Assembly: GCA_045588555.1 (NCBI GenBank)
Contig: JAZNEL010000013.1
Location: forward strand, 17,394-81,393
DNA from: Acutalibacteraceae bacterium
GTDB lineage: Bacteria; Bacillota; Clostridia; Oscillospirales; Acutalibacteraceae
Direction: 5' to 3'
Length of the DNA stretch: 64,000 bases
In this document: positions 56,926 to 64,000 of the stretch, piece after piece
How the letters are laid out: each line of letters begins with the position of its first letter
How positions within the stretch are numbered: the first letter of the stretch is position 1
The notes under the pieces: generated by a model
Database searches by the model: none
What the model saw: the letters and a program-made list of their open reading frames with translations, nothing else
Told to the model about the DNA's origin: nothing
Program-made: the position numbers and the translations under genes

Positions 56926-58401
56926 TTAATTCTTTTTCTCTATGTCAAACCAGAATTCCACACCGTTTTCCCTGTTAATGACACCGTATTTCTGCCCGTG
57001 AAGCTCCTGAAGCTTTGCTACGATGGAAAGACCGAGACCGAAGCGTCCCTCTGCGCGTGAATGGGATTTATCGGCGCGGTAAAAGCTCTGCCAGATGTTT
57101 TCGATGTCAGAGCCGGGTATCTGCTTGCCCGTATTGAAAACGCTGATTCTGCAGCTTTCGCCCATATCCTGTGATGTGATTACGATTTCCTTTTCGAAAT
57201 CGAGATGGCTGATGGCATTGGACAGATAGTTATTGAAAACATTCGACAGAAGCTCTGTGTCGCCGTAGCCCTTGACACCCTCTGTGACGGAGAGGTAAAC
57301 CTTTGCTCCCGCTTCCTTTATGCGCAGGTCGCGAAGGCTGACACAGTCACGGATGAAGGCGGCGATGTCGAAGGTGCTTTTATTTACCCTGTAATTTTCC
57401 GAGCCGTACTGGAGATACTCCATCAGCCTGCAGACAAGATTATTCATTTTGCCCGATTCCTCGATGATTATGTCGCAGAATTCCTCCGTAGAGTCACAGC
57501 CGATGCCGAGCTTCATTCCCTCTGCGTAGCCCTGAAGGATAGAAATGGGTGTTTTCAGCTCGTGGGATACATTAGCCATAAACGAGCGCATGGTTTTTTC
57601 CATCCTTCTTTTCATCTCGATGTCCATTTCGAGCCTTCTGTTCTCGTTCTGCAGCTCATCCAGAGCGTTGCTCAGGGAGGAGGAAAGTGTGTTTATGTTT
57701 GCTCCGAGCTCGTGGATTTCCTTGATTTTAAAGGGCGGACAGGTTTCCTCGAAATCCATATTGATTATCTTTCGGGTCTTATCGTTTATGATGAGCAGGG
57801 GAGTGATAACCGAATAGGCATAAATCACGGCTATGATGATTACTATAGTGCTTAATATCAGAGTGGTGATAAAAAATGCCCAGCTTGCCGTAAGGGAGTT
57901 GGCTCTAACCGCATCGAGAGAGCGGTAGATTTCTATTCCGTTATTTCCGTCGAAAAAGACACCGTAAACGATGTACTCCGCCTTCGTGTAATGCTCCTGA
58001 CGCATTTCGAAATAGCTTCCGTCGGGAAGCTCCGTGTGGGAATTGATTTTCATAATACGGGGCTTAAGAACCTCGGCCTCCTCGTTCCCGTCGGGCTCGT
58101 AAACGATGTCGTTACTGTCCGTGGTGTAAAAAAGCTCTTCTCGGGGAGCATAGATTTCTATGTAAATGTCCTTATTTACCTCGAGGTCCGACAGGATGCT
58201 TTTATAGTCATCCTTTTCGAAATCTATTTCCATAATCTGCTTTGAGCTGGAAATCATACTCTGATGTGTAGCGAAAATGTAAAGATCATCCATAAAAGCG
58301 AACTGTACCACACTCGAAAAGAAAAGTGAAATACAGAAAACGAGGATAACCACAAAGGATGTACGCCTTTTAAGAGGCGGTTTTTTTACTCGTGACTTCA
58401 T
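56926..58401 (-). CDS. Sensor histidine kinase (two TM helices, ~140-aa extracytoplasmic domain)
   Basis: H-box 'SHELKTPIS', N-box 'YLSNAISH' and G-boxes 'GLGLSIV'. A HAMP-like segment follows TM2. Confidence 0.9.
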   Translation of the reverse strand: MKSRVKKPPLKRRTSFVVILVFCISLFFSSVVQFAFMDDLYIFATHQSMISSSKQIMEIDFEKDDYKSILSDLEVNKDIYIEIYAPREELFYTTDSNDIVYEPDGNEEAEVLKPRIMKINSHTELPDGSYFEMRQEHYTKAEYIVYGVFFDGNNGIEIYRSLDAVRANSLTASWAFFITTLILSTIVIIIAVIYAYSVITPLLIINDKTRKIINMDFEETCPPFKIKEIHELGANINTLSSSLSNALDELQNENRRLEMDIEMKRRMEKTMRSFMANVSHELKTPISILQGYAEGMKLGIGCDSTEEFCDIIIEESGKMNNLVCRLMEYLQYGSENYRVNKSTFDIAAFIRDCVSLRDLRIKEAGAKVYLSVTEGVKGYGDTELLSNVFNNYLSNAISHLDFEKEIVITSQDMGESCRISVFNTGKQIPGSDIENIWQSFYRADKSHSRAEGRFGLGLSIVAKLQELHGQKYGVINRENGVEFWFDIEKKN

Positions 58402-59082
58402 TTAAAATTCCTCTATTTTATAGCCGATGCCGTAAACGGTTTTCAGATGCATTGCACCCCAATCGCCGAGCTTTGTTCTTAATCTTGCCACATGGGAGTC
58501 CACGGTGCGGATGTCACCCGTGAAATCGTAGCCCCAGACTGTGTCAAGCAGCTGCTCGCGGGAGAATACTCTGCCGGGAGCCTCGAGAAACTTTTTGAGA
58601 ATATTGTACTCCTTCAGAGTGAGGTCTACCTCCTTGCCGTTAAGACGAACCTCGTGGGCATCATCGTTAAAGATAAGGTCCTTATAATTCTTTTCGCTGC
58701 TTGCGACGGAGGCCGAGCCGCTTCTTCTCAAAAGTGCTTCCACTCTTTTTACTAAAACCGAGGGGCTGAAGGGCTTGGTGACATAATCGTCAGCTCCCGA
58801 TTCGTAGCCCATAAGCTCATCAAATTCCTCGCTTCTGGCCGTGAGGATGATAACGGGGAGATTAGATGTCTCTCTGATTTTTTTCGTGACCTCCCAGCCG
58901 TTGAGACCGGGCATCATTATGTCGAGAATAACGAGGCTGAGGCTGTCCCTGTGCTTTTCGAAAAGAGCGAAGGCCTCGTCACCGTCCACGGCTTCCATAA
59001 CATTGTAGCCTGCCTGTCGGAGGAAATCGCCTACCAGCTTTCTTATTCTTAATTCGTCATCTGCGATGATAATGTTTTCCAT
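58402..59082 (-). CDS. OmpR/PhoB-family response regulator
   Basis: Receiver domain ('IIADDE', 'LVILDIMMPGLNG', 'ILTAR') plus a winged-helix 'TVDSHVARLRTKL'. Its stop abuts the kinase start. Confidence 0.95.
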   Translation of the reverse strand: MENIIIADDELRIRKLVGDFLRQAGYNVMEAVDGDEAFALFEKHRDSLSLVILDIMMPGLNGWEVTKKIRETSNLPVIILTARSEEFDELMGYESGADDYVTKPFSPSVLVKRVEALLRRSGSASVASSEKNYKDLIFNDDAHEVRLNGKEVDLTLKEYNILKKFLEAPGRVFSREQLLDTVWGYDFTGDIRTVDSHVARLRTKLGDWGAMHLKTVYGIGYKIEEF

Positions 59083-59302
59083 AAAAATCTGCTCCTTTCA
59101 CAGTTTATTAATATTCTACCATAAAACCTTTCTCAATACAATGCAGAAAATATCACGATTTGTTGAATTTTTTTTAACAAAGCCGTGCAAAAAAAGTTTT
59201 AGCCCTTATTTTATTGACACCCGGCAATAAATGGTATAAAATTATAATGTTAGTTTATTAATAAAAAGAAAGGTAAGACATTAATTTGTCGAGGAAGGAA
59301 AT

Positions 59303-61651
59303 ATGATTTACATAAACAAAGAAAATGTGTTCCATCTCCAGAGTGAAAAAACCAGTTATGTATTCCGCGCGCTTCCCACAGGTCAGCTCGAGGGTATGTA
59401 CTACGGCAGAAAAATCAGAAACACCGATGACTTCACTTATCTTTACGATAAGCACGCTTCGGGCTACAGCAATTCCACTCCCTACACCCAGAAGGATACC
59501 TCTCTTTCCCTTGACCACATCGCTCTCGAATATTCCGCCTACGGCAAGGGTGACTATCGAATCCCTGCTATGCAGTTAATGCCCGAGGACGGAATTTTTA
59601 CCACTGACTTCAAGTATAAATCCCACGCAGTAACCAAGGTTAAGCCCGAGCTTCACGGTCTTCCCTCCAGCTACGGAGACAGCGACACTCTTACCGTCGT
59701 TCTCGAGGACAGCGCCTTAAAGGCAGAGCTTCACCTTTTCTACACGGTATTCAGTGAATGTAATGTCATTACCAGAAGTGCCCGCCTTATCAATAAGGGT
59801 GACAGCACCATTAAAATTCACTCTCTTATGAGTATGCAGCTCGACCTTCAGAGAGGGGATTATGTGATGCTTTCCTTCGACGGTGCCTGGGCAAGAGAAA
59901 GATATAAGAACGAAAGACCTCTCGTGCCCGGTGTGTGCGAAATCGGCTCCATCGCCGGTTATTCCTCAAACCGTCATAATCCCTTCTTCGCCATCAGAGA
60001 AAAAAATACTACCGAGTATAACGGTGACTGCTACGGCTTTAACCTCGTTTATTCGGGTAACCATACCGCCAGAGCAGAGGTTTCCACTCACGGACTGGTA
60101 AGAATCCAGAACGGTATTAATCCCTTTGAGTTTGAGTGGCATCTCGGTGCAGGTGAATCCTTCGACACTCCCGAGGCTGTTATGACCTTCAGCCACGAGG
60201 GTCTTAACGGTATGAGCCATAATATGCACGATTTCGTTAACGAGCACATCGTAAGAGGCTACTGGAAAAACAGAGAGCGCCCCGTTCTCGTCAATAACTG
60301 GGAGTGCACCACCTTCAGCTTTACCGAAAAGAAAATTCTCGAAATCGCAAAGGCTACAAAGAATATCGGTGCCGAAATGTTCGTTCTCGACGACGGCTGG
60401 TTCGGTAAGAGAAATAACGACAAGGCAGGCCTTGGTGATTGGTATGTAAATATGAAAAAGCTTCCCAGCGGTATCGGTGGTCTTGCCAAAAAGGTAAACG
60501 ATATGGGACTTAAGTTCGGTCTGTGGGTAGAGCCCGAAATGGTTAACCCCGACTCCGACCTTTACCGTGAGCATCCCGACTGGGCTATGACCACAGATAA
60601 ATACGAGCCCTCACAGGGCAGAAATCAGCTTACCCTCGACCTTACCAGAAGAGAGGTACGCGAATATATCATAAATACTATGACCGATGTTTTCCGCTAC
60701 GGTAACATCGAATACATCAAATGGGATAATAACCGTCATTTCTCCGATGTCTTCTCCCGTCAGAAGGGCGCAAAGAGCGGTGAATATTTCCACAGATTTA
60801 TTTTAGGTCTTTATGAAATCTGGGATGCTCTTATCGGACGCTTCCCCGAAATCCTCTTTGAGGCCTGCTCCAGCGGCGGTAACCGCTTCGACCTCGGTAC
60901 CTTCTGCTATATGCCCCAGTGCTGGACCAGCGATAACACCGATGTTCTCGACAGACTTTACATTCAGAGCGGCACCTCCTACGGCTATCCCCAGTCTGTT
61001 ACTACTATGCATGTTGCCGCTTCTATGAGCTTTGCTAATTTCCGCGCACAGAGCATCGACCACCGCTTTAATGTTTCATCCTTCGGTGTTCTCGGCTATG
61101 AGCTCGATGTTACTATGCTCTCCGACCTCGACAGAGCGAGAGTAAAGAAGCAGATCGAATTCTATAAAAAGCACAGAAAGCTTTTACAGTTCGGCGATTA
61201 TTCCCGTACGGGAGACATCACCGTAGACGATAAGGTAATGTGGCAGATTACAGCCAAGGATAAGAGCGAGGCTATGCTCGGCTACTTCGTAGACAGAGTA
61301 AGACCTAACTGGGGTAACGATGTTATCAGACTTCACGACCTTAACGAGGACTTTACCTACGATATGAATGTCCGCACCCAGATTCTCGAGTTTAAGAATT
61401 TCGGCGAAATGATTAATGTTCCTCTGCCGAAGAAAATGGATCTCGAGGACGGAAAGATGTTCGACTTCCTGTGTAAGACAGTTAAGCTCCGTAACGAAAA
61501 GGAGGACTACACCATCGGCGGCGACGCACTGATGAATTCAGGCTTCAAGCCCAAGCAGCCCTTCAATTACAGCGGCTTCAACTTCTCGAATTCGAGAATG
61601 CTCTTCGATAACGATTCGAGAATGTACTATTTTAAGAAAACTGATAAATAA
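59303..61651 (+). CDS. GH36 alpha-galactosidase family enzyme (specificity Gal vs GalNAc not resolvable by eye)
   Basis: 'FVLDDGWFGKRNNDKAGLGDW', 'IKWDNNR' (nucleophile Asp region) and 'CSSGGNRFD' (acid/base region). 782 aa, no signal peptide. Confidence 0.9.
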   Translation: MIYINKENVFHLQSEKTSYVFRALPTGQLEGMYYGRKIRNTDDFTYLYDKHASGYSNSTPYTQKDTSLSLDHIALEYSAYGKGDYRIPAMQLMPEDGIFTTDFKYKSHAVTKVKPELHGLPSSYGDSDTLTVVLEDSALKAELHLFYTVFSECNVITRSARLINKGDSTIKIHSLMSMQLDLQRGDYVMLSFDGAWARERYKNERPLVPGVCEIGSIAGYSSNRHNPFFAIREKNTTEYNGDCYGFNLVYSGNHTARAEVSTHGLVRIQNGINPFEFEWHLGAGESFDTPEAVMTFSHEGLNGMSHNMHDFVNEHIVRGYWKNRERPVLVNNWECTTFSFTEKKILEIAKATKNIGAEMFVLDDGWFGKRNNDKAGLGDWYVNMKKLPSGIGGLAKKVNDMGLKFGLWVEPEMVNPDSDLYREHPDWAMTTDKYEPSQGRNQLTLDLTRREVREYIINTMTDVFRYGNIEYIKWDNNRHFSDVFSRQKGAKSGEYFHRFILGLYEIWDALIGRFPEILFEACSSGGNRFDLGTFCYMPQCWTSDNTDVLDRLYIQSGTSYGYPQSVTTMHVAASMSFANFRAQSIDHRFNVSSFGVLGYELDVTMLSDLDRARVKKQIEFYKKHRKLLQFGDYSRTGDITVDDKVMWQITAKDKSEAMLGYFVDRVRPNWGNDVIRLHDLNEDFTYDMNVRTQILEFKNFGEMINVPLPKKMDLEDGKMFDFLCKTVKLRNEKEDYTIGGDALMNSGFKPKQPFNYSGFNFSNSRMLFDNDSRMYYFKKTDK

Positions 61652-61668
61652 TAAGGACGGCGAAATTA

Positions 61669-62784
61669 ATGTCTATTCAGAATGAAATCAAAGAACTGGC
61701 CAAGCGCTTTGCTATTGAGGGTGAGCTGATTGATTTCAGCGTTTACACTGACGGTCACATCAACTCCACCTACCGTGCCACCTTTGAAAATGGTGACAAG
61801 GTTGAAAAGTACATCGTTCAGGGAATCAATACCCATGTATTTAAAAATCCCGACGAGCTTATGGAAAACATCGTAAGCGTTACAAAGTATCTTAAGGCTA
61901 AAATCGAAGAAGCAGGCAAGGACAGTTCCAGAGGATGTCTCGAATTTTTAGAAGCAGACACAGGTAAATACTACCTCTATCACGCCGATAAATGCTGGAG
62001 AATTTACCGCTTTATCGATAAATCCTACACCATTAACTACATTAAAAACCGCAGCTTCTTTGAGAGTGCGGGTAAGGCCTTCGGCCGCTTCCAAAGAAAT
62101 TTAAGCGGTTATCCTATGGAGTCTCTCCACGAAACCATAAAGGATTTCCATAACACTCCTAAAAGAGTGGAGGCTCTCGAGGCTTCTGTCACCGCCGATA
62201 TAAAGGGCAGAGCGAAGGAAGTGGAGCAGGAGATTAAGTTTGCTCTCGACAGAAAGGAGGATGCCAAGGTTCTGCTCGGCCTTTACGAGCAGGGTCTCAT
62301 TCCTTTGAGAGTTACCCATAACGATACGAAGCTTAATAATGTTCTCTTTGATGAGGAAACTAACAAGGCTATCTGTATTATCGACCTTGATACCATTATG
62401 CCCGGCTTCTCTCTCTACGATTTCGGTGACGCTATCCGCTTCGGTGCTAACACTACCAAAGAGGATGATGCCGACCTGGACAATGTAAACATTTCCATAG
62501 AGCTTTTCAAAAGCTATGCCAAGGGCTTCTTAAGCACCTGTGCCAAGGCTCTGACCAAATCAGAGGTAGAGCATCTTGCCTTTTCGGCGAAGCTTATGAC
62601 CTACGAATGCGGCATACGCTTCCTGACTGATTATCTCGATGGTGATGTTTATTTCAGAACGGAGTATCCCGGTCATAACCTCGTAAGAGCGAGAAATCAG
62701 TTTAAGCTTGTAGCGGAAATAGAAAACAATCTCGACAAAATGAACAGGATAGTCGAGGAGATTTATCTCGATGCTGTCAAATGA
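61669..62784 (+). CDS. APH-fold anomeric sugar kinase, N-acetylhexosamine 1-kinase (NahK/LnpB)-like
   Basis: 'GDGHINSTY', Brenner motif 'HNDTKLNNVLFD', 'IDLDTIMPG' and 'YPGHNLVRARNQFKLV'. Colinear with my recollection of Bifidobacterium NahK, not verified by search. Confidence 0.65.
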   Translation: MSIQNEIKELAKRFAIEGELIDFSVYTDGHINSTYRATFENGDKVEKYIVQGINTHVFKNPDELMENIVSVTKYLKAKIEEAGKDSSRGCLEFLEADTGKYYLYHADKCWRIYRFIDKSYTINYIKNRSFFESAGKAFGRFQRNLSGYPMESLHETIKDFHNTPKRVEALEASVTADIKGRAKEVEQEIKFALDRKEDAKVLLGLYEQGLIPLRVTHNDTKLNNVLFDEETNKAICIIDLDTIMPGFSLYDFGDAIRFGANTTKEDDADLDNVNISIELFKSYAKGFLSTCAKALTKSEVEHLAFSAKLMTYECGIRFLTDYLDGDVYFRTEYPGHNLVRARNQFKLVAEIENNLDKMNRIVEEIYLDAVK

Positions 62785-62828
62785 TTTTTTAAAGTAAAAG
62801 TGCATACCGCATAAACCGAGACAGGCAG

Positions 62829-62866
62829 AGGGCTTCTACGGATTTTTAATTCCGCAGAAGCCCTTT
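62829..62866 (+). terminator. Probable terminator after the kinase gene
   Basis: 14-bp stem with one mismatch (62829-62842 pairs with 62851-62864) and only a short T3 tail. Confidence 0.45.
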
Positions 62867-63042
62867 GAATCATTAAATAACATAAAAGAAATGCAAAACT
62901 GTGTTATACGGCGCACGCAATAAATATATAAATATTTCATAAAAATTTTCGGAAACTATTTATTTTTATGTGGATATATGCTATAATATAGACAAGAAAA
63001 GGGGATAACTCTCTTTTTCAGTCACAGAAAGGAGCTGACGAT

Positions 63043-63570
63043 ATGAAAATTACAGTTATCGGCAGAAAATGCACACCCAGAGATTCATTCAGAGAAAGAG
63101 CCGAAAAAAGACTTAAAAAGGTAGAACGGTTTTTCGGTGATGAAGCCGAGGCAAAGATAACCGCCACTGTCGAAAAGAATGAACAGATAGTAGAGGTTAC
63201 CATTTACCACGACGGTATGATTTTCCGCTCCCAGGAAAGAGCAGTAAGTATGAATGATGCCCTCGACAGATGTGCCGACTCTATCGTACGTCAAATCCGT
63301 AAAAATAAAACTAAGGTAGAAAAGAAGCTGCGAAGCGGAGCCTTTGATGCCTACGAGGTAATTGACGTATTCGAGCCTGAGGATGACTATTCCGTTATCC
63401 GTTCAAAGGAAATCAACCTTAAGCCGCAGAGTGTAGAGGAGGCTATTCTGCAAATGAATCTTCTCGATCATCAGTTTTATGTGTTCCTCGACAGCGCTAC
63501 GGAAAAAATCTGCGTAGTTTATGCGCGAAAAGACGGAGGCTACGGCTTAATTATTCCTGATGTTGATTGA
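63043..63570 (+). CDS. hpf: Ribosome hibernation promoting factor, long form
   Basis: N-terminal YfiA/S30AE domain ('MKITVIGRK...') and the C-terminal dimerisation domain 'KPQSVEEAILQMNLLDHQFYVFLD...VVYARKDGGYGLI'. Confidence 0.93.
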   Translation: MKITVIGRKCTPRDSFRERAEKRLKKVERFFGDEAEAKITATVEKNEQIVEVTIYHDGMIFRSQERAVSMNDALDRCADSIVRQIRKNKTKVEKKLRSGAFDAYEVIDVFEPEDDYSVIRSKEINLKPQSVEEAILQMNLLDHQFYVFLDSATEKICVVYARKDGGYGLIIPDVD

Positions 63571-63597
63571 TTTATCTGAAAAGATGTGATATAATCA

Positions 63598-63627
63598 CCC
63601 TGTCGGCTTATGCCGGCAGGGTTTTAT
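63598..63627 (+). terminator. Rho-independent terminator after hpf
   Basis: 10-bp GC-rich stem CCCTGTCGGC (63598-63607) pairs with GCCGGCAGGG (63612-63621, one G-U), followed by TTTTATT. Confidence 0.65.
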
Positions 63628-63693
63628 TGTGTATTACAGTAGCTTCCCCGAACGCAGGGCGCGAGGGGGGTTACTTATGAAAGCAGGTTATTT

Positions 63694-64000
63694 ATGAAAA
63701 TAAATTTTGTTATTCCCTGTCTTCTCGGTCTCGAAAAGCTTATCGCTGACGAGATGAGGACATTAGGAGCTGAAAATGTCATTTCCGAAAACGGCAGAGT
63801 CCTTTTCTCGGGTGACGAGTATCTTCTGGCCAGAGCAAACATCTGCTCTCGCTATGCCGAAAGAATACAGATTCTGGTCGGCACCTTTCAGGCTAAAAGC
63901 TTCGAGGAGCTTTTTCAGGGCACAAAGGCTCTTCCCTGGGAGCAGTGGATCGGCGCTTATGATGCCTTCCCCGTAAAGGGCTATTCTCTTAATTCCACTC
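63694..64000 (+). CDS. THUMP-domain class I SAM-dependent RNA methyltransferase (YpsC/RlmL-like), 3' end outside window
   Basis: Not in the ORF track because it runs off the window. My translation from ATG 63694 is 'MKINFVIPCLLGLEKLIADEMRTLG...RANICSRYAERIQILVGTFQAKSFEELFQGTKALPWEQW'. This matches the N-terminal THUMP region of this family. Confidence 0.85.
   Translation, partial: MKINFVIPCLLGLEKLIADEMRTLGAENVISENGRVLFSGDEYLLARANICSRYAERIQILVGTFQAKSFEELFQGTKALPWEQWIGAYDAFPVKGYSLNST

Overview
Chromosomal segment of a moderate-GC Firmicute of class Clostridia. Thr/Pro-rich linkers and Fn3-rich secreted proteins suggest a Ruminococcus-like Oscillospiraceae (low confidence on taxon). Most genes are core genes on the + strand: the end of the F1 ATP synthase operon (atpG-atpD-atpC), dus, an ArsR/CzcD metal-efflux pair with a recognisable operator, polA, a dcw cell-division/cell-wall cluster (mraZ-rsmH-ftsL-PBP-murE-mraY-ftsW-murG-murA-ftsQ-ftsZ), asnS, an aminotransferase, a T-box-controlled valS, hpf, and the start of a THUMP RNA methyltransferase. 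Interleaved are carbohydrate-utilisation genes (galK, GH29 fucosidase, GH36 alpha-galactosidase plus a NahK-like anomeric kinase, a large GH63-like hydrolase, a mutarotase-like gene, an SDR, GPH/MFS transporters, an esterase), an OmpR-type two-component system, and several monocistronic secreted or surface proteins. I saw no rRNA or tRNA genes, CRISPR arrays, transposases, integrases or recognisable defence or toxin-antitoxin genes. There is no clear novel multi-gene system. The most unusual signal is a set of three dispersed paralogs (nt 21729-22718, 26986-28800, 30380-31285). They share an uncharacterised ~190-aa extracytoplasmic C-terminal domain on three different N-terminal scaffolds, and two of them bracket the GH29 fucosidase. 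Secondary oddities:
- a GH36/NahK-like gene pair without the usual GNB/LNB partner genes
- an ATP synthase epsilon subunit lacking its C-terminal regulatory helices
- a division PBP whose KTG box reads KTA
- an FtsQ with a ~180-aa Lys/Arg-rich cytoplasmic extension
- a sortase-type surface protein carrying a perfect double-glycine-leader-like motif after its Sec signal
- a truncated sigma-factor remnant
All calls come from reading the sequence and remembered family motifs. No database search was run.
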